64,000 nucleotides of DNA, from IMG/VR virus record IMGVR_UViG_3300037722_000745, positions 1-64,000 of that record. One strand, written 5' to 3'. Below, piece after piece: positions 38,120-48,517 of the stretch. Made by a program: the position numbers and the translations under genes. The notes below the pieces were generated by a model. The model ran no database searches and was not told the DNA's origin. It worked only from the letters and a program-made list of their open reading frames with translations. How positions within the stretch are numbered: position 1 is the stretch's first letter; every line of letters begins with the position of its first letter. Origin of the DNA: a virus. Lineage: Duplodnaviria; Caudoviricetes.

Positions 38120-38151
38120 GTGACAGGCCCTACGCTTAACGGGCCTGTCAC
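38120..38151 (-). terminator. 11-bp hairpin, probable terminator
   Basis: GTGACAGGCCC-N10-GGGCCTGTCAC, followed on the minus strand by TTT, between DUF1257 and AAA genes. Confidence 0.6.
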
Positions 38152-38166
38152 ACACGAACACGGTTG

Positions 38167-38493
38167 TTAGCCCATGCTCCACATGAGGATGACGTTCTCT
38201 TCCTCATCGACCAGACGCTGTTCGATGTGGACACCGTTCTTAGCGTGCTCTGCCCGTGCTTTAGCCTCTCCGTAATATTGACGAAGGAGACCGAATTTCG
38301 ACGAGGTGTGACCGTAGTCACTATCACCTTGAACGCGTCCGGTTCGAAGATCCAGGACAGCATCCCGTAGGTCCCCAGACTTCAAAAAGATCTGGTCTCC
38401 CGCGAGGTCGTACAGGATCCCAGCTTGCTTGAGTGCCTGACACGCAAGATCTGGGTCCGTAATTTCAGTTTGCAGTGTGATTGCCCGTGACAT
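38167..38493 (-). CDS. DUF1257/Ycf35-like protein
   Basis: TLQTEITDPDLACQAL; adjacent to Ycf46-like ATPase. Confidence 0.65.
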   Translation of the reverse strand: MSRAITLQTEITDPDLACQALKQAGILYDLAGDQIFLKSGDLRDAVLDLRTGRVQGDSDYGHTSSKFGLLRQYYGEAKARAEHAKNGVHIEQRLVDEEENVILMWSMG

Positions 38494-38532
38494 GTTTCCG
38501 TTTTCCTTTCTTTTCACCCTCAGGGGAAGTAC

Positions 38533-38706
38533 TCACTCAAACGTGGTTTCGTGCGCCGTGTCGCAATCAGGACCCGTAACTTCCTCGTTCTTCTGAGTCC
38601 CGATATGCTGTGTGAGCTTGTAAACTTCCCGGCAGTCCTGACCGCCTCTCTCGAGCACTTCGACGATAACTTCGCCGTTTTTCTTAATGATGGTACGTCC
38701 GCGCAT
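38533..38706 (-). CDS. DUF2997-like small protein (absent from the ORF track)
   Basis: AGGAGG RBS; MRGRTIIKKNGEVIVEVLERGGQDCREVYKLTQHIG..., 57 aa. Confidence 0.65.
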   Translation of the reverse strand: MRGRTIIKKNGEVIVEVLERGGQDCREVYKLTQHIGTQKNEEVTGPDCDTAHETTFE

Positions 38707-38724
38707 ATGACCTCCTAGCCGCTA

Positions 38725-39378
38725 CTACACCGAATCTCCTCCAACTCGGATCTTCTGCCCAGGTTTAACGATCTTGATGTCAGCGGTATCCGTGGTCGGA
38801 ACGGGCCTGTCCCAATTATTGGACGCAGTAGGTGCCGGCTTTCCGGACCCAATCATCCGTCCCTGTTGTAGGGGGGTGTTGCTGAAAGCGAGGTCAGGGC
38901 CCAACCTACCTGGGGTAGGGGCCTTGACCTCGGATTCCAGTTCGGAAGTTGAAGGCGGCGGTGGAAGCTCAGATCCTTCCACCGCTGACTCGTTTAGGTC
39001 GGATGGTGACGAGGACTCTTGGGGGATTTCCGGCTCTCTCACCTTCAGATCGGGAGTCGGATGAGGAGAAGGTGCTGGCTGAGAAGTTAGAGCTAGTGGA
39101 TCTACCCAACCGGAATTGATCGATGGTTCAAGGCACACAAAACCTTGTGCTGCAAGTTTTGGGTATCTAGGATCCTCCGGCTTGAGACGGGGCACCTCAG
39201 AAAAAAGACGCTCATACCACGTGCTCACACGCGAATCGAAAAGAGACGTGCCGAACTTCGATCTCACGCACTCCGGTTGGATACAATGCTTGCAGCACTC
39301 CTCGGTGAATTGCTGTAACGGTGCCCCCTGAACGTTGCACTCACCGTAAAGATCTCGTCGTTTCTGTGTCACAGTCAA
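38725..39378 (-). CDS. hypothetical protein, Cys-rich N-terminus
   Basis: 217-aa ORF coupled to the polymerase gene. Confidence 0.65.
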   Translation of the reverse strand: MTVTQKRRDLYGECNVQGAPLQQFTEECCKHCIQPECVRSKFGTSLFDSRVSTWYERLFSEVPRLKPEDPRYPKLAAQGFVCLEPSINSGWVDPLALTSQPAPSPHPTPDLKVREPEIPQESSSPSDLNESAVEGSELPPPPSTSELESEVKAPTPGRLGPDLAFSNTPLQQGRMIGSGKPAPTASNNWDRPVPTTDTADIKIVKPGQKIRVGGDSV

Positions 39379-42239
39379 TCCGGGCAGATCAAATTGTACT
39401 CACGTAGAAGAGATACTAATGCTTTCGTATCTACTCGAAGCCCCAACTCAGGTGAGACCAACGTCTCACCTAGAACGTCGGTTACGTGTAACACCGCCCC
39501 GTTCTCACTATCCCCGCTGTCCAACACAAAGCGAACCATCTGATCTACTGTCTGTGAATTGAGTCTCTCTATCCTCAACACCAAGTGCGTCGACTCCTCT
39601 CCCAAAGAAGTTGGCGGAGGCATTGAGGGTCCGTGCTCCTCAGGAGCCCTCACCGCGGTCTCCACAGCGGTAGAGGGCTCCGGCTTCTTCTCTGAGATCA
39701 GCTTCTTCTCTGAGGCCGGCTCCTTAGGAGGGGCTGCAGGTATGTTTGAGAACGGAGCCTCAGGTGTGGTGGGTTCACCACTTCGTGTGCCAGGCTCTTT
39801 TCCCATCAACCATGGAGCGCTCACCACCCGAAAGACGTTGCCTTCAAGTATCTCCTGCTTGTCAGGGGTCTCGACAACCTCACCTTGTTTGTTGACCTTG
39901 GCTTTACGCGTTGTACTGTAAGCGTATCCGTTGAGCACGACCTCTGTGTCCGTGGGCTCGTAGTCCTCCGAAACACGACGTGTCTCGAATCCGGAAGCCC
40001 AGTTGAACCCAATGAGAGGCTCAACGACCAGTGGCACCTTCCATGAGGGATTGCGAGGGATGTGCCACGGAGATTCCATGTACTCCACCAGAACAGGCAC
40101 CACTTCCGCGACTCGATCGTGACGTACTTCCAGCACCACTTCGTCATGCACGGTGAGAAGTAACCGAACTGAGTCGTCCCCCCCGCCGCCTTTGAGCCAA
40201 CCTCGCTTGAAGAACGCTTTGTGTAGCAACACAAGCGCTATCTTCATGATGTCCGCGCCGCAACCTTGGATCGCGTAATTGACCGAGTGCCGTTCGCAAG
40301 CCGCTCGGATCGCACGATCCTCTGAGTTCGCATCCGGAATCGACAGCCAACGACCCATTGCGGTTCGAACCCCCAAGTCCTTCTTGACCGCTCTGTGTTG
40401 GGACTTGAGCCACTTCGAGAAAACGGGCACGGACTTGTCAAACGCCTGCTTCCGACGACGAGCCTCCAAGTCATCGCAATTGGTGGCCCGTACGATGGAC
40501 TGGGGCCCCCCACCGTAAAGCAACGCAAAATTAGCCGTCTTTCCCGCAGAGCGCTCCTCTTTACTGACCTCTTGTTTGCCGAAAAAAGCCCGTGCCGTAA
40601 TAGAGTGGAGATCTCCGGTACCGTGTAGGAACTCGTTGATCCACACAGGCTCCCCAGACACGTTAGCCGCGATCCTAAGCTCTTCGCCCGCGTAGTCCGC
40701 CTTGATCATCGTGAAGCCCTCGCGGGCCTCAAACACTCTACGGATCTCTGAACCGCCGGGGATACCGTGAACCGGGACTCCTGAATAGCCGTGATCGGGG
40801 TTACCCGCAGGAGCTGAAAAACGTCCCGTACCGGCTCCCGTCTGCTTGAAACTGAACCTCAGCTCGTCGTTTTCGTCAGGGTTGTTGGCCAGACTGGTCA
40901 GGTAGGTACTGATGAACTTCTCGACACCACGGAACTCGACAATATCCTTAAGGATGGAAGGGGCATTGTCCTTTGCCGCCAAGGCAGAAAGTGTGGCCTC
41001 ATCCGTTTTGTATTGCTGAGACGCCTCGTTCTTTTCAGGCTTCGGGCTGATGTCCATCCCCTTTGGCGCGGGGGAGAACAAGAACTCCGAAAGTTGCTTC
41101 GGGCTGTTGGGATCTAGACCACGAATCCCCCGCTGCTCAATCGCAAAACGCTGGATGCGCTCCAAAAGCGCCGTACGCTTCAAAGTTTGCTCTTGGAGTT
41201 CTTTACGCACCGCCTCACGAGTGATGCGGACGCGATTACGCTCCATTGGACGAAGAGTGCAAGAAGTTTGCTTCTCCAACTTGTACGTGAAGCTGTAATC
41301 CTTTCCTCTTGCAAACGGCACAAGATCTGGAATCGTGCACAGCTTGTATGTGCAGATCGCGTCGGACCCGGCGTACCTCAACACCCCAGGCTCGTCAGGA
41401 GACAACTTGTCGAACCTGATGTCCTTCTTCTTACCGAAGAACAACTCCTTGAGTTCGATCATCTCGTACGGATTGCCATCCGGATCCCGCAGCAGCTCCT
41501 TGGCCTTGAACTTCAAGCTGAGGCGTTTGTCAGCGGCATACTTCACGAACGCGGCCAACATCCCGTCTTCAAAAGACTCTGGGTGCCACCAGTCTATGCC
41601 GGTGACTGGGAATAGGAACTCTTGATCGAACTGGGCGTTCCAAAACGCGATGACGACTTGTGGCGGTTTGGAGATCTGATACGACAACGGGTCTTTCTGA
41701 ATAGCCTCAGGAGTACCCTCAGGAATCGCGGCATGGCACAAGCGAGTGATGGCAGCGTCGACACCTTCGACCGGTACGTTTAGCTCCTCACCATCGCCCC
41801 CATCAGGACGATGTCTGACAGGAATGTAGAATCCTTCCTCCCCATCATACGAGAGGCAGTATCCCACGATCTTGTCCACCGTCTCAGGCTTACCTTGGTC
41901 GTTGTAGAAGATGCGGTTGTCGAGTCCTTCAGTCTCTAGATCAAGGGAGCAGAAACCGCGCTTGATGCATTCGGTCACAATCGCATCGGCCTGCTCAACG
42001 GAGACGACCCTAGTGAATGTGTGGTACTTCATCCACGGCTTCACAATGTCGGGAACCGATCGATCTAGTTGCAAACCCCCTGTCGTGAACAAAGCTGTGG
42101 GATCGTCGTCTGCACTCTCTTCTAGGAGAGCGGACTTAGAGCTGGGAACCCGAACCGGCTCCCCTGGCTTACCCTCATCCTCGTTCTCGTCCAGCATAGC
42201 GAGGATGCCGTCAAGGTCGTCAAGGTCTTCGTCGCTCAT
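39375..42239 (-). CDS. polA: DNA polymerase, family A, with 3'-5' exonuclease
   Basis: SLDLETEGL, NAQFD, YAGSDA; TGRFS, KADYAGEELRI, GKTANFALLYG, NYAIQG, TVHDE. Confidence 0.96.
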   Translation of the reverse strand: MSDEDLDDLDGILAMLDENEDEGKPGEPVRVPSSKSALLEESADDDPTALFTTGGLQLDRSVPDIVKPWMKYHTFTRVVSVEQADAIVTECIKRGFCSLDLETEGLDNRIFYNDQGKPETVDKIVGYCLSYDGEEGFYIPVRHRPDGGDGEELNVPVEGVDAAITRLCHAAIPEGTPEAIQKDPLSYQISKPPQVVIAFWNAQFDQEFLFPVTGIDWWHPESFEDGMLAAFVKYAADKRLSLKFKAKELLRDPDGNPYEMIELKELFFGKKKDIRFDKLSPDEPGVLRYAGSDAICTYKLCTIPDLVPFARGKDYSFTYKLEKQTSCTLRPMERNRVRITREAVRKELQEQTLKRTALLERIQRFAIEQRGIRGLDPNSPKQLSEFLFSPAPKGMDISPKPEKNEASQQYKTDEATLSALAAKDNAPSILKDIVEFRGVEKFISTYLTSLANNPDENDELRFSFKQTGAGTGRFSAPAGNPDHGYSGVPVHGIPGGSEIRRVFEAREGFTMIKADYAGEELRIAANVSGEPVWINEFLHGTGDLHSITARAFFGKQEVSKEERSAGKTANFALLYGGGPQSIVRATNCDDLEARRRKQAFDKSVPVFSKWLKSQHRAVKKDLGVRTAMGRWLSIPDANSEDRAIRAACERHSVNYAIQGCGADIMKIALVLLHKAFFKRGWLKGGGGDDSVRLLLTVHDEVVLEVRHDRVAEVVPVLVEYMESPWHIPRNPSWKVPLVVEPLIGFNWASGFETRRVSEDYEPTDTEVVLNGYAYSTTRKAKVNKQGEVVETPDKQEILEGNVFRVVSAPWLMGKEPGTRSGEPTTPEAPFSNIPAAPPKEPASEKKLISEKKPEPSTAVETAVRAPEEHGPSMPPPTSLGEESTHLVLRIERLNSQTVDQMVRFVLDSGDSENGAVLHVTDVLGETLVSPELGLRVDTKALVSLLREYNLICPD

Positions 42240-42615
42240 CTGAAGGGGGCTCCAATACAGCCAACACGTACACCTCCGAACGCCATAGCTTGATCACTTC
42301 CCCCGCTAAGGCCCCAGGTGAGACCCCAGCAGGCTCAAAGCACCACGGCATCTTCGAAGACAACACCAAGCAACGCCGTTTCACGTGGAACGGGCATGAC
42401 TTCTCGTGCTCACACCGTTGGGACGGAAGTTTCCGCAGCATTCCTTCGGGCGGTGGTCCGAGCTGATCTACCAAAAGTCGTGTCCAGCCGTGCAGCGCGT
42501 GGTCCATGACTTCTTTGGTGACCTCAGGTATATCCATCACCCCCTGTAGAGGTCGCCACTCCTCTTCCCAAACGCCATCCTCGTTGTAGATGAGATACAG
42601 CTCGATGCGGCCCAT
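42220..42615 (-). CDS. hypothetical protein
   Basis: Cys-containing ORF between polymerase and primase ZnF. Confidence 0.6.
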   Translation of the reverse strand: MGRIELYLIYNEDGVWEEEWRPLQGVMDIPEVTKEVMDHALHGWTRLLVDQLGPPPEGMLRKLPSQRCEHEKSCPFHVKRRCLVLSSKMPWCFEPAGVSPGALAGEVIKLWRSEVYVLAVLEPPSDERRRP

Positions 42616-42616
42616 C

Positions 42617-43240
42617 TCAACGCTTGGTATCGACAGCCGCCGAGGCACGAACCTTCTCTCCGATCTTGGAGACTACTTGAGTCACCAGCTTCTTGGTCTC
42701 GTCGAGTGTCAGAGAGCCTCGATCCCGCATGGACCGAATCTGGTCCAACAAGGACCCGATTCTCAAGTGAGACCCCATCTCAAAATGATCACGTTCTTCG
42801 CGCAATCGGTGCTCGCACGCATCGAAGAGATCCTCGATCTCTTCCACCAGAGGATCGTACTCGTCGGCTAGCTGAGGGATGCTTGCTTTGGGAGGCGTGA
42901 GGCCAAAAGCACGTTCGATGTTGAACAAGGTCTCGCTGAATTTGGCTTCTCCATTGTACTGCCGCCATAGACTGATCGCGTCCCATCGCTTGTGGCAAGC
43001 GAAACACCAAACGTGCGACTTGCTCTGTGGGTCTTCTGGGAAATAGCGAGCACTGGGGTTCTTGTCTTCGCCATGGAACGGGCACGAGATCTGTTCTTCG
43101 CGTTGACCTCCATAACGCAAAGAAATACCGTGACGAACTAGCACATCACCGGCTGTAACCTCGTCGTGGATATGAGCCACTCGAGCTTTCAACCATTGAT
43201 GCATGAGGTCTCTGCGATCGTTGTCGAAGTACCCCATCAC
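42617..43240 (-). CDS. CHC2 Zn-finger primase N-terminal domain protein
   Basis: SCPFHGEDKNPSA..WCFACHKRWDAI; no TOPRIM domain. Confidence 0.85.
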   Translation of the reverse strand: MMGYFDNDRRDLMHQWLKARVAHIHDEVTAGDVLVRHGISLRYGGQREEQISCPFHGEDKNPSARYFPEDPQSKSHVWCFACHKRWDAISLWRQYNGEAKFSETLFNIERAFGLTPPKASIPQLADEYDPLVEEIEDLFDACEHRLREERDHFEMGSHLRIGSLLDQIRSMRDRGSLTLDETKKLVTQVVSKIGEKVRASAAVDTKR

Positions 43241-44715
43241 AACCCAACGTCCAGCTCGTTCAAGTAGGTGTCGTGACCGTCAACCGAGAACCCTTTCGGC
43301 TCCATTCGCCTAGAAGACAGGATCCTACGACAAGAGAAATTGACATGGGCTTCGAAGGGTTCAAACAGAGGGTTGTCGCGGTTCTTTAGGTTAGTGAATT
43401 TAGTCCTGCCTTGCTGCCGTAGTTCTGTGTTGAGGTAAGTCGTAGTGATGATGTCCGCAGTTTTCTCACAAGAATTCGCGTACGTGAGGGCGCGCATCCT
43501 GTAGACACCCTCATTTTTGTCTGCCTCGTCCTTACCCATGCGATTAATTTGGAACAGCATCAGCACCGCTACGCCGTTGTTGTGGTCGAAGTTGAGGGCT
43601 AGACGCTTAGAGTCGTTGATCACAGAGTTGAGTTCGATCGTGTAATCACGGTTCCTGCGTGCCTTGCGGGCTTCAATCCACTGCCCGTGATCTAGGACAA
43701 CAAGTCCGACCTCAAACTCTTTGTGTAGCAGCTCAAGGTGCGACCGGACGTCATCCATCGTCCACTCCCGATCTGGAGTGACGACCTCAAACGTTGTGTA
43801 CCCAGGGTTGTCGCGGAAGTCTGGAACGACGAGTTCGTAGTAGAACTCCTTCTCTTGTTTCGTCAAAGTTCCATCTCGAATAGACCGGTAGTCCAAGGGT
43901 TCGTAGCCCATTCGAGCAAACCGAGGATTGGCTGAGTGTAGTGCGAAGATGTTCCGTCGGATCTGCTCCCGTGGCATCTCAAACGAAACGTAGACGACGT
44001 TCTTCCGGAACTTGGTTACCGCGTTGTAGCACCAGTTGATTGCCAATGTGGACTTCAGCTCACCTGGAAAACCAGCGTGGATCCATAGCTCGCTCTTTTT
44101 AGCTCCCTTGCACGCCTCATCAATTTCATCAATCCCAGACAGGGTGCCGAACACCTTTCCTTTGTCCCGCTCCGCTAAGTCGTACTCCTCTTTCATCTTG
44201 TCCGCATCTTCGCGGATGTCTCCATGAATTTGAACGTTGGTGTCTGCGAGACGCAACTCCTGTGACCGCTGGGCGAAGTGTAGGATGGCGTCGTCGACAC
44301 CCTTCTTCACCTCCCCCGACTTCTTGTCCTCAATTCCCTTGTGGAGGATCTCCGCAGTCTCCTTGAGTAAGGTCATGGCGCGGACCCTACCTTGCTCCTC
44401 CTGAAGCTCCCGCAGCAGGCTAGAGAAGCTGGCACGAATGCGAGGCCGCTCAACTTGCAGATCTTTCAGCCGCTCGATCTCTTCGACACCGCCGATCTTC
44501 TCGAAGTGTTCCAACACCGTCTGAGCCGACGGCATCTCGAAATACTGGGTGAAGAAGCTCTCGAGGTATTTGTAGAGACGATCGTCCTCCGGTCGGCCCC
44601 AGGCAAACTGCTCTATCTCGATACAGCGACGTAGGCGCTGGAAGTTCCTGACCAGCTGCTCGGGAGTGACTTCCTTGTCAAATTCTATGATCGACCGCAA
44701 AAGGCGTTTTGGCAT
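43237..44715 (-). CDS. DnaB-like replicative helicase
   Basis: TLSGIDEID, AGFPGELKS (Walker A variant), YVSFEM, VVLDHG, FQINR, KNRD. Confidence 0.88.
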   Translation of the reverse strand: MPKRLLRSIIEFDKEVTPEQLVRNFQRLRRCIEIEQFAWGRPEDDRLYKYLESFFTQYFEMPSAQTVLEHFEKIGGVEEIERLKDLQVERPRIRASFSSLLRELQEEQGRVRAMTLLKETAEILHKGIEDKKSGEVKKGVDDAILHFAQRSQELRLADTNVQIHGDIREDADKMKEEYDLAERDKGKVFGTLSGIDEIDEACKGAKKSELWIHAGFPGELKSTLAINWCYNAVTKFRKNVVYVSFEMPREQIRRNIFALHSANPRFARMGYEPLDYRSIRDGTLTKQEKEFYYELVVPDFRDNPGYTTFEVVTPDREWTMDDVRSHLELLHKEFEVGLVVLDHGQWIEARKARRNRDYTIELNSVINDSKRLALNFDHNNGVAVLMLFQINRMGKDEADKNEGVYRMRALTYANSCEKTADIITTTYLNTELRQQGRTKFTNLKNRDNPLFEPFEAHVNFSCRRILSSRRMEPKGFSVDGHDTYLNELDVGL

Positions 44716-44717
44716 GA

Positions 44718-45593
44718 TTACCAGGGCCCCTTACGCTTCGGATGGTATTTGGAGCCCGATGACCCGGGCGGCAGCAGATCGTCGGAGTTTGATTGGGATG
44801 GCCTCGAAGTTGATTGGGATGACTTAGACTGGTCAAACAAATTGCTTTTCGGTGGGTCGACTCCCATCCCAATTGCATTGTCGTTATCCTCGACTTCCTC
44901 CTGTACCTCTCTGCGCAATCGGTTGACTCTCTCTCTAGCTTCCTCAACCCCCCCACCCAGATCGACTATGTCATAGTTCTCTTGGATGTAGCCCCAAGCA
45001 CCAGGAGTGTAGGCTTCATGCCCTGGGCCAAAGAACTCAACATCCTCCGCAATCCAGGTGGGTTTGCCTGCGCCCATTCGAATCGCCATCGTTTCATGAA
45101 GCACATCCCCAGCAGCTCTGTTCCGGTGGAGAACCCCGAGCCGTATGATGACTAAGCTCGGCGGTAGAAGAAGATCGTTGAGGTTGTTGTAAGTGGCGAT
45201 CGTCTCCCGGTTTTCCTTGGATCTCTTCGTGTAGGCAAAGTCCCCAAGCCATACCCGCACCAGCTCCTGGTCGTCCGTGGTCCGAAACGTGAAACCCTTG
45301 GAGTATTCCCACTTCACCGAAAGGACCCAACGCAAGTGCCGGCAAACCATCTCCCAGGTCCCCCTCAGGAACAGGTTCTCTTGGGTGGCATCCCGGTCTT
45401 CAGTGTAGAGAGGACTCCGAACGTGCTTCACGCCTGAAATGACGGGACCCAGAAATGCATGAAGCTGCTTGCGTTTGAGACAAATGCACGGAATCGGAAT
45501 CAGGTCCTCGCCGTCGGTCTCATAGCGCCAGTGTTTTCCTTTGCACTGTGGGCATATGGTCTCCTCAGGCACGATTGGTAGATACACCGGCAT
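44718..45593 (-). CDS. possible DnaC/DnaI-like helicase loader
   Basis: CPQC...CIC Zn motif then degenerate P-loop fold (LLLPPSLVIIRLG, KPTWI); next to DnaB. Confidence 0.5.
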   Translation of the reverse strand: MPVYLPIVPEETICPQCKGKHWRYETDGEDLIPIPCICLKRKQLHAFLGPVISGVKHVRSPLYTEDRDATQENLFLRGTWEMVCRHLRWVLSVKWEYSKGFTFRTTDDQELVRVWLGDFAYTKRSKENRETIATYNNLNDLLLPPSLVIIRLGVLHRNRAAGDVLHETMAIRMGAGKPTWIAEDVEFFGPGHEAYTPGAWGYIQENYDIVDLGGGVEEARERVNRLRREVQEEVEDNDNAIGMGVDPPKSNLFDQSKSSQSTSRPSQSNSDDLLPPGSSGSKYHPKRKGPW

Positions 45594-48429
45594 CCGAGTC
45601 TCGCAGACTCTTCATCAGCTCGTAGGAGAAGCTACCCTCACTCTCGAAATTCAAAGCTCCGACCGCAGCTTCCCCAAGCACTTTGTCGATCAGGTCTTTC
45701 TTGCTTTGAAGGATTTGGAGTGTGTAGTGATCGATCGTCTTTTTTGCTCGACCCGGACGCTCCGCTACTAGGTGGATCGCTACGACGTGTTGGTGAGGAG
45801 AGCCGATACGAATCGGTCGCCCGAGAAGCTGGACGTAGTTCCCCCACGACCAAGGAGCATTGTAGAAGATCATCGCCGCAGCGGCTTGTAGGTTGATCGA
45901 CTCCGAACCCGCATCTGAGATGAAGATGACCCGCACATCGGATTCAGGATCCTGAAACTCCAGCATGGCCCTCTGCCGAGCTGGATTGGTCTTGGTGTCG
46001 ACTACTTTGCCTGTGATCGCCGTGCTCTCCACCCCAGCTTTCTTGCACAACTCCTGAAGACGGGGGATGAGGGACGCGAATCGTGTGTACACAATCACCT
46101 TCTCCCCATCGAACTCCCCGGTGATCAGATCCAACATGGCTTCCTCTTTCGAGGACAAGGATTTCACGTTGTCCGCCTCACCCAACAACTCGAGCCCGAT
46201 AGTGTCCCCCTCTTCGAAGCGAAGTAAGCTCAGAGAATCAACCGTTTGTTGGCAGTAGATGAGCGCAGTCAGCGTTTTGGTCTCTTCGTAGTCCCGCACC
46301 TCTCCGTCCCCCAAAGCGAGCACGCCTGACAGTGCCTCCTCGTACTTCGTGTTCTCCGCTTTAGATAACGTGACCCGAACGTCGCGCGTGAGAAGCTTGG
46401 GAAGCTCGTCCGAAATCTCATGCTTCGGCCGTCCGAGGAAGAACGGATCAATGCGCATCCGGAACAGCTCCAGGTTCTTGTACCCGATGATGATCGGAAT
46501 TTTCCTTCGACCTCCTACAGGTTGCCACTTGACCTCGCAGAACAGGTCGAGGAACTTCGTCTTCGTCGTGAAGACTCTTGGGTAGATGCACTTGTAGATG
46601 GCGTAACCCTCGATCAAGTTGTTCTTGAGCAAGGTAGCTGTGAGCCCGTAACAACGATTTGCATGGCTGGCTAGCTCTGAACACACCTGCCACGTCTTTG
46701 TCGACGGGTTCTTGAACGCGGTGCAGTTAGAAACTAGGGCCCCTCCAGCTATGTAGTTATGGTTACCCTCGACCTCCAAGTCATAGACGTAGTCAAGATG
46801 CTCCCGCACCTTGGGGGCACGCTTCCATGGAGTTTTAGCCAGCACCACATCCCGTACCAAACCAACCGTAGGGTTACGATCCAAACTCTCCAACAGGAGT
46901 GGTTCTTTACCTGGAAACTTGTGCTCCACCCCAGGTAAAGAGCCAGGCAACAGCTCTAGGAACCTGTCGGCCGCCTCTGCGTCCAAGTACAACACCCAAT
47001 GACGACCTGACTTGCTAATCTGCGCCTGAACCCCCCACCGCCACCGAAGCCAACCCGCTAACAATTCGTTCTCGCCGTAGGTGAATCCTTGCGTGTTTAA
47101 AATAATACGACGGCGAACCACCCCTTCTTTGGTTGTGTGCGTCTGCAACGATCCGTCATCCCCATACCAGATCGCAAGACCTAACGGGCCAACGCGGCTC
47201 AACCATTCTACAGAGGGGTGCTTACGGCCTTCTCGATGCGTAGTCAGTGTTGAACACAAATGTGGGTTGGCTCGTAGCCTGAACCGGCAAATGGGAGAAC
47301 CCCCGTACCCGCTAGGGGTTGTGCTAATCTCAGAGGTGCCAAGCGAGGCTAACAAGCCCTTCTTGAAATCCAGGTATCTTCGCTGTGCTTGCCCATGTAC
47401 AAAAGACACCCCCCACAAACTACGCTTGGGGTGGGACACACTAGCATCCCCAAGCAAACCCCCCAGAATAATCTGGAGTTGATCATCAGAAGGTATTGTG
47501 TCCGTAAAGGTAGCTGTCTCGGAGCCCTTCCTAAGACGCCCTGCTTCCGTTGGTTTGCCGTCGCATCTGTAGAATTTATGATTTCTGGTTACGATCACGC
47601 TGTTGGCATACCGAAACTCAAGTTTCACCAACCCCTTCGTGCGCAATGGGTTACGGACCCAACGGATTACCCGGCGTGGTTCCATGGAGTTGGTCGCCCA
47701 GTTCCATGACAACACGGATACAGGTTCTCGCCCGCATACGATCTTGCCTATCAACCGCTCAGAGCCATCAGCTAAGCGTATTGGAGTGTGGTACTCGAAA
47801 CATTCGTCGTACACGACAGTGAGGCCGTCGATCTTCTGCATGAGGCCGTTCAACAACCCGGGGCTCATCGGCTTCTTCATGTCCGGCTGCCCGTTCTTCT
47901 TGAGCGGACGGGTGGCTCCCTGATTCCAGTCGCGGACCAAGGGAGCATACCCCATGACCATCACCGCTTTCGGGTCGTCCGGGCCCGTTGGATGATTCAA
48001 AAAAGCGTCGTAGGTTTCCCGACGCTCATCCGGACCTCCGTTTGCCAAGTAGACTTGAATACCTGTGGCGAACTTGTCGATCTCTGCCGCCCACTGACGC
48101 AGGGCGCTCTTGGGGGTGATCACGACCACTTTGTTCGTCGGTTCTTTCTGCCAGGTGTAGCAAAAAGCTGCAATGCAGGTGGGCGTCTTGCCCGTGCCAG
48201 TGGCGTCCCCGAGCACCATCCTCTTCATCGACATCAGATGGAAGACCGCCTGGACTTGATAGTACCGGAGCTTGAACGGCTGGACTTTGCCGTCGATGCC
48301 CACGATCTCAGATCGCAGCATCGAGATGGGCTTGAGCGCTACCGTCTTGCTCTCCCGGACCTTTTTGAGAAGCTCGTAGACCTTCCTGTGCTTCTCTACC
48401 GGATCTTCTTTAGGTGTTTTCGCGGCCAT
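45565..48429 (-). CDS. SNF2-family helicase with intein
   Basis: LGDATGTGKT, YDE|C, LTATLLKN, VIVYTRF, GSESINLQ, WSWGNYVQLLGR. Confidence 0.93.
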   Translation of the reverse strand: MAAKTPKEDPVEKHRKVYELLKKVRESKTVALKPISMLRSEIVGIDGKVQPFKLRYYQVQAVFHLMSMKRMVLGDATGTGKTPTCIAAFCYTWQKEPTNKVVVITPKSALRQWAAEIDKFATGIQVYLANGGPDERRETYDAFLNHPTGPDDPKAVMVMGYAPLVRDWNQGATRPLKKNGQPDMKKPMSPGLLNGLMQKIDGLTVVYDECFEYHTPIRLADGSERLIGKIVCGREPVSVLSWNWATNSMEPRRVIRWVRNPLRTKGLVKLEFRYANSVIVTRNHKFYRCDGKPTEAGRLRKGSETATFTDTIPSDDQLQIILGGLLGDASVSHPKRSLWGVSFVHGQAQRRYLDFKKGLLASLGTSEISTTPSGYGGSPICRFRLRANPHLCSTLTTHREGRKHPSVEWLSRVGPLGLAIWYGDDGSLQTHTTKEGVVRRRIILNTQGFTYGENELLAGWLRWRWGVQAQISKSGRHWVLYLDAEAADRFLELLPGSLPGVEHKFPGKEPLLLESLDRNPTVGLVRDVVLAKTPWKRAPKVREHLDYVYDLEVEGNHNYIAGGALVSNCTAFKNPSTKTWQVCSELASHANRCYGLTATLLKNNLIEGYAIYKCIYPRVFTTKTKFLDLFCEVKWQPVGGRRKIPIIIGYKNLELFRMRIDPFFLGRPKHEISDELPKLLTRDVRVTLSKAENTKYEEALSGVLALGDGEVRDYEETKTLTALIYCQQTVDSLSLLRFEEGDTIGLELLGEADNVKSLSSKEEAMLDLITGEFDGEKVIVYTRFASLIPRLQELCKKAGVESTAITGKVVDTKTNPARQRAMLEFQDPESDVRVIFISDAGSESINLQAAAAMIFYNAPWSWGNYVQLLGRPIRIGSPHQHVVAIHLVAERPGRAKKTIDHYTLQILQSKKDLIDKVLGEAAVGALNFESEGSFSYELMKSLRDSDAGVSTNRA
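46726..47802 (-). mobile_element. intein with LAGLIDADG homing endonuclease (359 aa)
   Basis: Starts CFEYHTPI after YDE; ends VYDLEVEGNHNYIAGGALVSN before Cys+1; internal GGLLGDAS and IWYGDDG. Confidence 0.93.
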
Positions 48430-48517
48430 CTTGCGTGGCCAGCTACACCAACGGGAAGCTCACACTGAGCTTCCCTACGTCCCACGGCGGATGCGGCCGT
48501 TCGGTGTAGCCCCCTGC

